Shown: positions 44,320 to 54,141 of the stretch, in pieces | Layout of the letters: the number at the start of each line of letters is the position of its first letter | Numbering within the stretch: the stretch's first letter is position 1 | From: Gaiellaceae bacterium | GTDB lineage: Bacteria; Actinomycetota; Thermoleophilia; Gaiellales; Gaiellaceae | Direction: 5' to 3' | Assembly: GCA_045806005.1 (NCBI GenBank) | Contig: JBJMKE010000013.1 | Coordinates: forward strand, 45,685-109,684 | DNA: 64,000 nt | Made by a program: the position numbers and the translations under genes | The notes under the pieces: model-generated | What the model saw: the letters and a program-made list of their open reading frames with translations, nothing else | What the model was told of the DNA's origin: nothing | Database searches by the model: none

Positions 44320-46428
44320 TCAACCCGACTCGCCGCCCGCGCCGAGCACGCGCACGTCGTCCAGATGGAAGAACGCCGACTGCGCGACGGCGAGCCGCCT
44401 GCGGAGGAAGCGGACTCGCTCGACGTCCTCCGTGGGGGTCATGTCCAGCGCCTCCTTGTAGAGCGTCACGGCGAGTTCTTTGGCCCAGCCGCGCTCCGCC
44501 TCCTCGGCCGCCGCCACGAAATGGCGGACGGCGTGCTCGAGCTCGCCGGCGCCGCGCCAGTGGCGAGCGAGTGCCGCCCCTGCCTCGCCGACCTCGGGCG
44601 TCGACTGCTCGATGAACTCCGCGGCGTGCCGGTGCCCCTCGCGGCGTCGAGCGCGGGGCTGGAGATCGTAGGCGACGTCGCGGATGAGGGTGTGCTTGAA
44701 CGACCACTGCTCGTCTCCTTCGATGCGGGAGACCGAATCGCGCCGGAGAAGGTCCCTGCGCTCGAGCGCCGCGAGCGCGTCACGGAGGCAATCGGGATCG
44801 CGCGCGATCCGCTCGAGCGCGCCTCGCCAGAAGAGACGGCCGACGATCGAGGCGTCGAGAATCACGTCGCGTTCCTCTGTGGGCAGCGAGTCGAGGCGTG
44901 CTGCAACAAGGCCTCGGATCGTCGTGGGCAGGCTTTCCGCCTCCTCTGAGCCACGCTCGCTCAACACTGCTGCGAGCTGCTCGATGAAGAGCGGGTTGCC
45001 CTCGGCCGACTCGGCCACCTGGGCCGCCTTCGTGTCCGCGCCGAGGAGGTGGAGCGCCAGCTGGGCGGCGTCCGCGACGCCCAGAGGCTCGAGAGAAAGG
45101 GCGTGGTAGGCGAGCAGGCCGCCTCCCCACGCGGGCCGAACGTCGAGGAGCTCCGGCCGTGCGGTCGTGAGGAGCAGTACCGGCAGGTCGTGCAGCCGCG
45201 TGGCCAGGAGCTCGATCAGGTCGAGGATCGCGGAGTCGCCCCAGTGGATGTCCTCGAAGACGAATGCCGTCGGCTCGTCGCGTGCACCGGCTTCGATGAA
45301 GATCCGTACCGACTGGAAGAGGCTGTCGCGATCGGGAGCGGTCGCCTTGGTCTCGAAGCCGAGCAGGATCGCGATGTGCCCCGCGACCGCCTCGGCGTCG
45401 ATGTGCCCGGCCACCCCATCGACCTCGTTCCTGTCGGCGAGCCCCTCCACGAGGGCCCGCAGCTTTCCGGTCGCTACCCCGACGTCGTCGCTGTCGAAGA
45501 TGCCGGCGAGCTCCTTCACCTGCATCGCGAACGCTCCGTACGCGCTCCGCTCGCGGTACGGCAGGCAGCGGCCACGGACGACCCGCCCGCCGCGGCTCGA
45601 GATCGCCTCGGTGAACTCGGCTGTGAGCCGCGACTTGCCGACGCCCGGAGGCCCGAGCACGGTGATCAGATGCGGCCGGCGCTCGCGTTCCACGCGTTCC
45701 CAGGTCGCCTCCAGGAGGGCCACCTCCCTGCTTCGCCCGACGAACGGCGTGCTCGACAGGTGCCGCTCGCCGGTCGCCGACGATGGAGCCAACGCCTGCC
45801 AGACGCCGATCGGCTCCGCCTTCCCCTTCGCCGTCACCGCCTCGAGGGGCTCGTACTCGATCGCCGCGCGCGTGGCCCGGTACGTCTCCTCGCCGACGAT
45901 GATCTCTCCGACGGGGGCATGCTGCTGCAGGCGCGCCGCGGTGTTCACGACGTCGCCGGCGACCATCGCCTCGCCGAGCGCCGGCCGCGCCGAAAGGGAG
46001 ACGACCGCCTCGCCGGTGGTGACGGCGCCGCGGATGCTGAGCTCGAGCTCGGGCTGCTCCGCGTTGAGCGCAGTCACGGCCTCGCGGACGGCAAGCGCTG
46101 CCCGGACAGCGCGCTCCGGGTCGTCGCCGTGCGCGGTCGGCGCCCCGAACACGGCCATCACCGCATCGCCGACGAACTTCTCGACGACGCCGCCGAACGA
46201 CTCGATCTCGGCCCGCACCGTCTCGTGGTACGGGGTGAGGATCGCTCGCACGTCTTCGGGGTCGAGTCGCTCCGAGCGCGACGTGAAGCCCACGAGGTCG
46301 ACGAAAACGACGCTGACGATCCGGCGCTCCTCGCGCGGCGCCGGCTCGTCGGCGAGCGAAGCTCCGCAGGCGAGGCAGAAGCGGGCGATGTCCGGGTTTT
46401 CCTGACCGCAGGAACGGCAACTGGCCAT
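44320..46428 (-). CDS. Zinc-ribbon / class III adenylate-guanylate cyclase / AAA(STAND-like) ATPase / helical-repeat protein
   Basis: Starts at MASCRSCGQENPDIARFCLACG, at 46428. Cyclase motifs are VSVVFVDLVGFTS and GDAVMAVFGAP. The P-loop is VLGPPGVGKSRL. A long helical C-terminus follows, with no LuxR HTH. Confidence 0.8.
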   Translation of the reverse strand: MASCRSCGQENPDIARFCLACGASLADEPAPREERRIVSVVFVDLVGFTSRSERLDPEDVRAILTPYHETVRAEIESFGGVVEKFVGDAVMAVFGAPTAHGDDPERAVRAALAVREAVTALNAEQPELELSIRGAVTTGEAVVSLSARPALGEAMVAGDVVNTAARLQQHAPVGEIIVGEETYRATRAAIEYEPLEAVTAKGKAEPIGVWQALAPSSATGERHLSSTPFVGRSREVALLEATWERVERERRPHLITVLGPPGVGKSRLTAEFTEAISSRGGRVVRGRCLPYRERSAYGAFAMQVKELAGIFDSDDVGVATGKLRALVEGLADRNEVDGVAGHIDAEAVAGHIAILLGFETKATAPDRDSLFQSVRIFIEAGARDEPTAFVFEDIHWGDSAILDLIELLATRLHDLPVLLLTTARPELLDVRPAWGGGLLAYHALSLEPLGVADAAQLALHLLGADTKAAQVAESAEGNPLFIEQLAAVLSERGSEEAESLPTTIRGLVAARLDSLPTEERDVILDASIVGRLFWRGALERIARDPDCLRDALAALERRDLLRRDSVSRIEGDEQWSFKHTLIRDVAYDLQPRARRREGHRHAAEFIEQSTPEVGEAGAALARHWRGAGELEHAVRHFVAAAEEAERGWAKELAVTLYKEALDMTPTEDVERVRFLRRRLAVAQSAFFHLDDVRVLGAGGESG

Positions 46429-46518
46429 TCCCGCATCCAAGCAGCGTTGCGCCTCCACAGCAACGGATTCGTCGTACCGGCCGTTGTCGGATTGACGCAA
46501 CGGAGGGAGATATCAGCG

Positions 46519-46965
46519 ATGACGAAGGCAATTCTCAGCGCCTGCATGCTCCTTGCGGCCGCGGTGGCTCTTGCCGGCTGCGGCGGCAGCGGCAGCGCGA
46601 GCGGCACCACGAGCGGCGTCGCCGGCGTCCGGCACGCACAGGGCTCCGGGAACTTCCGCGCGACCATCCACGGCTTGGAGGCGCGGGTCCAGACGAGCGT
46701 GCACGCGTTCCAGAGCGGCAACGTCTCCGGCGCCGTCGCGTCCGGCACACCGCTACTCGCGCAGTGTCAGCGCGTGGTCAACGGCAAGCTCTCGACGCAC
46801 GCCAGGACCGCTCGGCAACAGCAGGCCGTCGTCCACATGCAGATCGCCTGCAACGACATGTCCCGCGCCGCGACCGCCGGCGCAACCGACGACATGACGA
46901 AGGCGAAGGCCCTTGCCCGCCAGGCGCTGCAGCAGGCGAAGGTCGCAGCCCGGCTCTCGGGTTGA
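46519..46965 (+). CDS. Small lipoprotein, function unknown
   Basis: The RBS GGAGGGAGA lies at 46502-46510 and the ATG at 46519. The lipobox is LAGC. 148 aa, helical and Ala/Gln-rich. Confidence 0.65.
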   Translation: MTKAILSACMLLAAAVALAGCGGSGSASGTTSGVAGVRHAQGSGNFRATIHGLEARVQTSVHAFQSGNVSGAVASGTPLLAQCQRVVNGKLSTHARTARQQQAVVHMQIACNDMSRAATAGATDDMTKAKALARQALQQAKVAARLSG

Positions 46966-46979
46966 TCAGCACGAAACGA

Positions 46980-47007
46980 CGGAGGCCCCGCGGTTGCGGG
47001 GCCTCCG
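46980..47007. terminator. Bidirectional stem-loop between the convergent lipoprotein gene and nrdJ
   Basis: CGGAGGCCCCGC-ggtt-GCGGGGCCTCCG forms a 12-bp perfect stem. Confidence 0.5.
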
Positions 47008-47031
47008 GACAAGGAGCGATCGCGCCGGCTG

Positions 47032-49794
47032 CTAGGAGCAGCCGGTGTTCGTGCCGCAGTCGCGGCACGTGTAGCAGCTGCCGGTGCGGATCATCCGCCC
47101 GCCGCAGCGGGCGCATTCGACCGCGTCCTCCCAGCTGTTGAAGAGGGCCGTCTGGCCGGGAGGCGGCGCCTCGCCAGGCTCGCCCGGCGCCGACTCGGCG
47201 TCGCCGCCGGCGGCGTAGCGCTCGGCGAGCCGTGCCTTCACCTCGGCGGAGAGGATCCCCGCCTCCTCCTGCTGCTCGGCGGTGAGGAAGGTCTTGCCGA
47301 ACCAGCGGAAGATGTAGTCGACGATCGACTTCGCGGCGCGGATGTCCGCATCGTTCGTGAGCCCGCTCGGCTCGAAGCGCTGGTGCGAGAGCTTCGAGAC
47401 GTACACCTCCGGCGGCACGCCGTACTGGAGGCCCATCGAGACCGCGATGCAGAGCGAGTTCATCAGTCCGGCCATGGTCGTGCCGTCCTTCGCGATATCG
47501 ACGAAGATGTCGCCCGGGCTGCCGTCGTCGTAGGTGCCGACGTGGATGTAGCCCTCGTGGTCGCCAACCTGGAACTTGCGGCCGACCTCGGTGCGGTCGA
47601 GCGGCAGGCGCTTGCGCTCGTGCACCTGGATCGGCGGCGTCGCGACGGCGGTCTGGCCGTCCTTGCCTGAGCTCGAGAGCGGCTGCGCGACCTTGCAGTT
47701 GTCGCGGTAGATCGCGATCGCCTTGACGCCGAGCTTCCAGGCGTCGACGTAGAGGTCCATCACGTCCTCGACCGTGGCCTCCTCGGGCATGTTCACCGTC
47801 TTCGAGATCGCGCCGGAGATGAACGGCTGCACGGCGCCCATCATCCGGACGTGACCGAGGTAGTGGATCGCCCGCTCGCCCACGGCGCAGTCGAAGACCG
47901 GGTAGTGCTCCGTCTTGATGTACGGCGCTCCGACGACGCCGTTCCGCTCGTCGACGAAGGCGACGGTCTCCTCGACCTCGCGCGGCGCGTAGCCGAGCCG
48001 CTCGAGCGCCATCGGGACGGTCTTGTTCACGATCGTGATCTCGCCGCCCCCGACGAGCTTCTTCGACTTGACGAGCGAGAAGTCGGGCTCGACGCCGGTC
48101 GTGTCGCAATCCATCATGAAGCTGATCGTCCCGGTCGGGGCGAGCACCGTCGCCTGCGCGTTGCGGAAGCCGTGGATCTCGCCGAGGTCGAGCGCGTCGT
48201 CCCAGGCCTTGCGGCAGTGGCCGAGCAGTTCGGCCGGCACGGAGTCGGCGTGCTCGATGTTGCCGACTGCGGCGCGGTGCTTCGCGACCACGCCGATGAA
48301 CGGCGCCCGGTTGACCTGGAAGCCGTCGAACGGCCCCATCCGCGACGCGATCTCGGCCGACTTGCGATAGGCGCGGCCCGTCATCAGGCCGGTGATCGCC
48401 GCCGCGTACGCGCGTCCCTCGTCGGAGTCGTACGGGAAGCCGCGCGCCATCAGCAGCGCGCCGAGGTTCGCGTAGCCGAGCCCGAGCTGGCGGAAGCGCT
48501 TCGCGTTGCGCCCGATCTCGGCCGTCGGATAGGACGAGTAGCCGACGAGGATCTCCTGGGCCAGGAAGACGACGTCGACCGCGTGCTCGAACGCCTCGAC
48601 GTCGAGCTCGCCGTCCTCGCGCCGGAACTTCATCAGGTTGAGCGAGGCGAGGTTGCACGCCGAGTCGTCGATCGACATGTACTCCGAGCAGGGGTTCGAG
48701 GCGTTGATCCGGCTCGTGTTCGGCAGCGTGTGCCACGAGTTGATCGTCGTGTCGTACTGGACGCCCGGATCCGCGCACTCCCAGGCCGCCGCCGCGATCT
48801 GCTTCAGCAGCTCGCGCGCGTCGACCGTTGCGAGGACGCTGCCGTCGGTGCGGGCGGTGAGGTTGAACTCGTCGCCCTTCGTCGCCGCCTCCATGAACGC
48901 GTCGCTGACGCGGACGGAGTTGTTCGCGTTCTGGTACTGGATCGACGCCCAGTCCGGCGAGTCGAGGGACATGTCGTAGCCGGACTGCTCGAGAACGCGC
49001 GCCTTGCGCTCCTCCTTGGCCTTGCACCAGATGAACTCCTCGACGTCCGGGTGGTCGACGTCGAGCACGACCATCTTCGCCGCACGCCGCGTCTTGCCGC
49101 CCGACTTGATCGTGCCCGCCGACGCGTCGGCGCCGCGCATGAACGAGACCGGACCCGAGGCGTAGCCGCCCTTCGAGAGCTGCTCCTTCGACGAGCGCAG
49201 CCGCGAGAGGTTGACGCCCGAGCCTGAGCCGCCGCGGAAGATGACGCCCTCGCGCCGGATCCAGTCGAGGATCGACTCCATCGAGTCGTCGATCGAGAGG
49301 ATGAAGCAGGCGGAGCACTGCGGAGCTGCCTCGAAGCCGACGTTGAACCAGACGGGACTGTTGAAGGAGGCGTACTGGTTGACGAGGATCGCCTTCAGCT
49401 CGGCCTCGAACGTGTCGGCCTCGTCCGCGTCGGCGAAGTAGCCGCCTTCCTTGCCCCAGGCGACGACCGTGTCGACGACGCGGCCGATCATCTGCTTCAC
49501 GCTCGACTCACGCTCGGGCGAGGAGAGCCGGCCGCGGAAGTACTTCTGCGCGACGATGTTGGTCGCGGTCTGGGACCAGAACTTCGGGAACTCCACGCCG
49601 CGCTGCTCGAAGGCCGGGCCGTCGCGGCCCGGGATGATCGCGTCCCGCGTCTCCCACTCGATCTCGTCGAACGGGTCGCGGCCCGGGATCGTGAAGAAGC
49701 GCTTCACGCCAAGGCGCGCGCCCTCCTCCACGACGGTATTGACGACCTCTGCCGCCGTCTCTTCGGTGCCCGGAACCTGCTCGACGCTTGCCAT
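47032..49794 (-). CDS. nrdJ: Adenosylcobalamin-dependent (class II) ribonucleotide reductase
   Basis: 920 aa. Motifs are NSPVWFN, CSACFIL, IFRGGSGSGVNLSRLR and NPCSEY. A C-terminal zinc ribbon reads CARCGGRMIRTGSCYTCRDCG. The RBS GGGAGGGAAG lies upstream. Confidence 0.9.
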   Translation of the reverse strand: MASVEQVPGTEETAAEVVNTVVEEGARLGVKRFFTIPGRDPFDEIEWETRDAIIPGRDGPAFEQRGVEFPKFWSQTATNIVAQKYFRGRLSSPERESSVKQMIGRVVDTVVAWGKEGGYFADADEADTFEAELKAILVNQYASFNSPVWFNVGFEAAPQCSACFILSIDDSMESILDWIRREGVIFRGGSGSGVNLSRLRSSKEQLSKGGYASGPVSFMRGADASAGTIKSGGKTRRAAKMVVLDVDHPDVEEFIWCKAKEERKARVLEQSGYDMSLDSPDWASIQYQNANNSVRVSDAFMEAATKGDEFNLTARTDGSVLATVDARELLKQIAAAAWECADPGVQYDTTINSWHTLPNTSRINASNPCSEYMSIDDSACNLASLNLMKFRREDGELDVEAFEHAVDVVFLAQEILVGYSSYPTAEIGRNAKRFRQLGLGYANLGALLMARGFPYDSDEGRAYAAAITGLMTGRAYRKSAEIASRMGPFDGFQVNRAPFIGVVAKHRAAVGNIEHADSVPAELLGHCRKAWDDALDLGEIHGFRNAQATVLAPTGTISFMMDCDTTGVEPDFSLVKSKKLVGGGEITIVNKTVPMALERLGYAPREVEETVAFVDERNGVVGAPYIKTEHYPVFDCAVGERAIHYLGHVRMMGAVQPFISGAISKTVNMPEEATVEDVMDLYVDAWKLGVKAIAIYRDNCKVAQPLSSSGKDGQTAVATPPIQVHERKRLPLDRTEVGRKFQVGDHEGYIHVGTYDDGSPGDIFVDIAKDGTTMAGLMNSLCIAVSMGLQYGVPPEVYVSKLSHQRFEPSGLTNDADIRAAKSIVDYIFRWFGKTFLTAEQQEEAGILSAEVKARLAERYAAGGDAESAPGEPGEAPPPGQTALFNSWEDAVECARCGGRMIRTGSCYTCRDCGTNTGCS

Positions 49795-49907
49795 CTTCCC
49801 TCCCGAACTGTAGTGGCCTCAAGGCCTCTTCTGGACCGTCGCCGGCATCCGATCCCGCCAACGGGGAACGGGACCGTAGACCCCGCATCGGACGGAACCG
49901 AGAGCGG

Positions 49908-50378
49908 CTACGGGCGCTGGTTCGCGCCCAGGATCACGACGAGCGGAACGTGCGCGTACAGGGGCGCCACACGGCCGTCCAGCGGAGCCACCAGCGCGAT
50001 CCGGGCGTCGTGGGAGAGGCGCTCCGCCTCCCGCTGCCAGCCGGGCCTGAAGAGGACGAGCGAGCGCGAGTAGTCGAGGTTCGGCGCGTCGGTCGGGATG
50101 GCGTGGCGGTAGCCGCGGGCGAGGAGGCCGGTCGCCTCGGTGCCCGCCGCACCGCCGATCCCGTTGCCGTTGAGGACGAGGACCGAGATGCGGGAGCGCG
50201 GCCGCAGCGGCGGCAAGGCAGGTCCCTTCGGGACACGGCTGGTACCAGGTACCGGCCGTGTCTGTCCCGGCCCATGAGTAAGCACGAGCCCGGCCAGCGT
50301 CGCGAGCGCGAGGGCGCTCGCGACAAGAGTCGCGATGCGCCAGGGGAACGGCCGGCTGAGCGGTTGGACGTGCTCCAC
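49908..50378 (-). CDS. Membrane-anchored LytR_C domain protein
   Basis: 156 aa with an N-terminal TM helix. ISVLVLNGNGIGGAAGTEATGLLARGY is a typical LytR C-terminal domain start. Confidence 0.65.
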   Translation of the reverse strand: MEHVQPLSRPFPWRIATLVASALALATLAGLVLTHGPGQTRPVPGTSRVPKGPALPPLRPRSRISVLVLNGNGIGGAAGTEATGLLARGYRHAIPTDAPNLDYSRSLVLFRPGWQREAERLSHDARIALVAPLDGRVAPLYAHVPLVVILGANQRP

Positions 50379-50434
50379 GGACCGTCACGGTTCGCCCTGC
50401 GAACGGCCGCTCCTCCTGCCGTAGAGTCGAGGGA

Positions 50435-51028
50435 GTGTTCGTGACCTTCGAAGGGGCCGACGGCTCGGGCAAGTCGACGCAGGCGGAGCTCCTGCGCGCG
50501 GCGCTCGAGGCCGAGCGGCGCGAGGTCGTCCTGACGCGGGAGCCCGGCGGCACGGAGCTGGGCGAAGCCGTGCGGACGCTCGTCCTCAACGGGCCCGTCA
50601 TGGGCGCTTGGGCGGAAGCGGCGCTCTTTGCTGCGTCGCGTGCCGAGCACGTCGAGGAGGTGATCCGCCCGGCGCTCGAGCGCGGCGCGGACGTCCTCTG
50701 CGACCGCTATCTCGATTCCTCGCTCGCCTACCAGGGCATCGCCCGCGGGCTCGGTGTCGACGCCGTGCTCCAGCTCAACCTCGCCGTGACCGGCGACCTG
50801 CTCCCCGACGTCACCTTCGTGCTTCTCCTCGACCCCGCCGTCGCAACCGGACGGCACGTCGACCCGGACCGGCTCGAGCGCGAAGGGACGGCGCTGCAGG
50901 CGAAGGTCGACGCCGCCTATCGCGAGCTCGCGCAGCGCTTCCCGGAGAGAATCGTCACGATCGACGCGACAGCGTCACCCGAGACGATTGCGAGGGAGGT
51001 GCGTGAGCGGCTTCGAGAGCGTCCCTGA
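50435..51028 (+). CDS. tmk: dTMP (thymidylate) kinase
   Basis: 197 aa. Motifs are FVTFEGADGSGKSTQ, TREPGGT and DRYLDSSLAYQG. Confidence 0.9.
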   Translation: MFVTFEGADGSGKSTQAELLRAALEAERREVVLTREPGGTELGEAVRTLVLNGPVMGAWAEAALFAASRAEHVEEVIRPALERGADVLCDRYLDSSLAYQGIARGLGVDAVLQLNLAVTGDLLPDVTFVLLLDPAVATGRHVDPDRLEREGTALQAKVDAAYRELAQRFPERIVTIDATASPETIAREVRERLRERP

Positions 51029-52085
51029 GCAGCACGAGGCCAAGCGGCTGCTCGCGGCTGCCCTGCAGGAAGGGCCGGCGCACGCCTACCTGTTCCACGG
51101 CCCGGCGGGCGTCGGCAAGCGTGAGCTCGCGCGGCGCTTCGCGGCCGAGCTGCTCGGCGACCACTCGCGGGTCGAGCGGGGCAGCCATCCCGATCTGTAT
51201 GTGCTCGAGCCGCTGGGGGAGCAGATCCGGATCGACGACGTCCGCGAGCTCCGTCGCGACCTGCACATGCGGCCGTTCGAGGCCGAGCGGCGCGTCTACC
51301 TCGTCTTCGGCGCCGACTCGCTGAACGAGGACGCCGCGGACGCCCTGCTCAAGGATCTCGAGGAGCCGCCGCCGTACGCCGTCGTCGTCCTCGTGGCCGA
51401 GCGGCTCGGGCCGCTGCCGGAGACGATCCGCTCGCGCTGCCAGCCCGTGCCCTTCCGGAGGCTCTCGGAGCCTGCGGTGCGCCAGGCGATCCACGAGCGT
51501 GCGCCCGACCTCGGCGAGGAGGAGGTGACGACCCTCGCGCGCGTCGCCGGCGGCCGTCTCGGCCGCGCCCTGCAGCTCCTCGACCCCGCCGCAGCCGGGC
51601 GGCGCGAGGCGTTGATCGCGGTCGCGCGGTCGGTCTACGCGGATCCCGCGTTCGAGCCGTCCGACGCTGCCGAGGCTCTTCTCGCGGGCATCGCCGAGCG
51701 CGGGGCGGAGGCCAGGGACGCCGCCGAGGTCCAGGTCGAGTCCCTCGAGTTGACCGGACGAGAGGCGGAGCAGCGAATCCGGCGTGCGCAACGTGGCGCG
51801 GAGCGCGAGGAGCTGCTCGCCCAGCTCGAGGAGCTCGAGTCGTGGTACCGCGACCTCGTCGTCGTCGCCGCGGGCGCCGAGGCCGCGGCCGTGCACGTCG
51901 ACCGGCTCGCGGAGCTGCGCTCCGATGCCGCCCTCGAGCGGATGCACGCCGCCGAGGAGGCGTGCGAGCTCGTCCGCGCCGCGTGGCGGCAGGCGGAGGA
52001 GCTGCAGGTCTCGACGTCCCTCGCGCTCGAGGCGCTGCTCATCCGGCTGCGCAGCGAGCTCGGCGCGACCGCCGCCGTGGCGTAG
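51003..52085 (+). CDS. holB: DNA polymerase III delta-prime subunit
   Basis: Motifs are AYLFHGPAGVGKRELA, a LEEPP box and TIRSRCQ. The preferred start is the GTG at 51003; the track ORF starts at 50988. It lies downstream of tmk, as in many bacteria. Confidence 0.85.
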   Translation: MSGFESVPEQHEAKRLLAAALQEGPAHAYLFHGPAGVGKRELARRFAAELLGDHSRVERGSHPDLYVLEPLGEQIRIDDVRELRRDLHMRPFEAERRVYLVFGADSLNEDAADALLKDLEEPPPYAVVVLVAERLGPLPETIRSRCQPVPFRRLSEPAVRQAIHERAPDLGEEEVTTLARVAGGRLGRALQLLDPAAAGRREALIAVARSVYADPAFEPSDAAEALLAGIAERGAEARDAAEVQVESLELTGREAEQRIRRAQRGAEREELLAQLEELESWYRDLVVVAAGAEAAAVHVDRLAELRSDAALERMHAAEEACELVRAAWRQAEELQVSTSLALEALLIRLRSELGATAAVA

Positions 52086-52150
52086 GGACGTGCTGAGCCC
52101 GAATCGACCATCAAGCGGGCTGCGGAACGTGTCGATACGTACACACCGTC

Positions 52151-54136
52151 ATGGAGGCTGCGGCTCATCTCCGTGCGCCGGCGATGATCCGGCTCTGGCA
52201 GGCGATACTCGTCGCCGGCCTGGCCTTGCTCGGCCTTTCCTACCTCGGTCACCTCTCGCCGGGCGGGACGCGCCTGTACGAGAGCTGGATCTACGAGGGC
52301 CTGGAGGTTCTGGCGGCGCTCGGTGCGCTCGGGCGTGCCGTGCTCGTCCGGGCTGAGCGCCCCGCCTGGCTCTGCGTCGGCTTCGCCCTGCTGGCGACGG
52401 CGGGGGGCGACATCCTGTTCGACTTCTGGTACGGCGGCGATCCGCCCTTCCCGTCCGCCGCCGACTTCTTGTACCTCGTCTTCTATCCGCTCCTCTACGT
52501 CGGGATCGTGCTGCTGCTCCGCCGGCGCGTCTCCACCTTCAGCGCGAGTCTGTGGCTCGACGGGCTGGTTGCCGCTGCGGCTGCCGCCGCGCTCGCCGCG
52601 GCGGTGCTCGTCGAGGCCGTCGTCAACTCGACGCACGGGAGCCGGCTCGTCGTTCTGACCAACATCGCCTATCCCATCGGCGACGTGCTCCTGTTCTCGC
52701 TTCTCGTCTTCGTCTTCTCGGTCACCCGCTGGCGGCCCGGCCGTGCCTGGACGCTGATAGCCGTCGGTCTGCTCTTCAACACCTTCGGCGACGGGCTCTT
52801 CCTCTACAGCACCGCTCTCGGCACCTATGTCGAAGGCACATACCTCGACCTTGCGTGGCCGCTCTCCCTCGTTCTCATCTCGCTGGCGGCGTGGCAGCGG
52901 CCGGGTCGGGCGCCTCGCATCGAGCTCCAGGATCGAACGCTGCTCGGCACGCCCATCGTGTGCGGCCTCGTCGCGACCGGGGTGCTCGTTGCCGCCGCAC
53001 ACTGGCCCCTGCACCCGATCGCGCTGGTCCTGGCCACCGCGACGATCGCGCTCGTCCTGGCGCGGACGGCGCTCACGCTCCGCGAGAACCGCCTGCTGCT
53101 GGGCGAAAGCCGCCGCGAGGCGCTCACGGACTCGCTCACGGGCCTTGCCAACCGGCGCAAGCTCCTCCTCGACCTCGCCGGGGAGCTCGAGCGCGCCCGG
53201 GACGGCGAGCCGCGGCTGCTCGCGATCTTCGACCTCAACGGCTTCAAGGCCTACAACGACACCTTCGGCCATCCCGCCGGCGACGCGCTGCTGTCGCGCT
53301 TCGCGGCCAAGCTCGTAGCGGCTGCGGCACCGTCCGGCAGCGCGTACCGCATGGGCGGGGACGAGTTCTGCGTGCTGCTGCCTGCCTCGGAACCCGCGCT
53401 GCAGCGCGTCGCGAACGCGCTCAGCGAGAGCGGCGAGGGCTTCGCGGTCACGAGCGCGTACGGGACGGCGGTGCTCGCGGTCGACGCGACCACGGTCTCG
53501 GCGGCTCTCAGCGTCGCCGACCAGCGGCTGTATGCGCAGAAGGACGCGCTGGCCGAGATGCGCCGCGGAACGGCGCACGAGCCGCTGCTGCGCACGCTCG
53601 CCGAGCGGGAGCCGAGGCTCCGCGCTCACGTGGCGGACGTCTCGTCGCTCGCGCTCCGGGTCGGGGAACGGCTCGGGCTCGGGCGCGACGAGCTCGAGGA
53701 GCTGCGGCTCGTCGCCGAGCTGCACGACGTCGGGAAGCTCGCGGTTCCGGACGTCGTCCTGCAGAAGCCCGGGCCGCTGGACGCGAACGAGCTGAGCTTC
53801 ATCCACTCCCACACGCTGGTCGGCGAGCGGATCCTCGGCGCGGCGCCGGCGCTCCGGCCCGTCGGCAACATCGTGCGCTCCACTCATGAAAACTGGGACG
53901 GCAGCGGCTACCCGGACCAGCTGGCCGGCGAGGCGATTCCGCTCGCGGCGAGGATCGTCTTCACCTGCGACGCGTACTCGGCCATGACAAGCGACCGGCC
54001 CTATTGCGCCGCCCGTACTCCGAGCGAGGCCGTGGCCGAGCTCCGGCGGTGCGCAGGCAAGCAGTTCGACCCCCAGGTCGTGGAGCTGCTCTGCGCGGTG
54101 CTCGCGGACGAGGACGACGCGGCCGCCGTCGCCTGA
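52151..54136 (+). CDS. Membrane sensor with GGDEF and HD-GYP domains
   Basis: 661 aa. About 9 N-terminal TM helices precede the GGDEF domain (DSLTGLANRR, RMGGDEF). The HD-GYP domain has LHDVGK, HENWDGSGYP and CDAYSAMTSDRPY. Confidence 0.85.
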   Translation: MEAAAHLRAPAMIRLWQAILVAGLALLGLSYLGHLSPGGTRLYESWIYEGLEVLAALGALGRAVLVRAERPAWLCVGFALLATAGGDILFDFWYGGDPPFPSAADFLYLVFYPLLYVGIVLLLRRRVSTFSASLWLDGLVAAAAAAALAAAVLVEAVVNSTHGSRLVVLTNIAYPIGDVLLFSLLVFVFSVTRWRPGRAWTLIAVGLLFNTFGDGLFLYSTALGTYVEGTYLDLAWPLSLVLISLAAWQRPGRAPRIELQDRTLLGTPIVCGLVATGVLVAAAHWPLHPIALVLATATIALVLARTALTLRENRLLLGESRREALTDSLTGLANRRKLLLDLAGELERARDGEPRLLAIFDLNGFKAYNDTFGHPAGDALLSRFAAKLVAAAAPSGSAYRMGGDEFCVLLPASEPALQRVANALSESGEGFAVTSAYGTAVLAVDATTVSAALSVADQRLYAQKDALAEMRRGTAHEPLLRTLAEREPRLRAHVADVSSLALRVGERLGLGRDELEELRLVAELHDVGKLAVPDVVLQKPGPLDANELSFIHSHTLVGERILGAAPALRPVGNIVRSTHENWDGSGYPDQLAGEAIPLAARIVFTCDAYSAMTSDRPYCAARTPSEAVAELRRCAGKQFDPQVVELLCAVLADEDDAAAVA

Positions 54137-54141
54137 GACGC

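Noticed and set aside
47032-49794. Intein or other insertion in the 920-aa NrdJ.
   Set aside because: The sequence reads as continuous NrdJ-like blocks, and no intein splice-junction motifs (C/S...HN-C/S/T) interrupt them. The length is normal for long actinobacterial-type class II reductases with a C-terminal zinc ribbon.
49795-49907. NrdR boxes or a cobalamin riboswitch upstream of nrdJ.
   Set aside because: I could not find two properly spaced palindromic NrdR-type boxes or a B12-box-like core. Only a good RBS (GGGAGGGAAG) is evident. A motif or Rfam scan would be needed to be sure.
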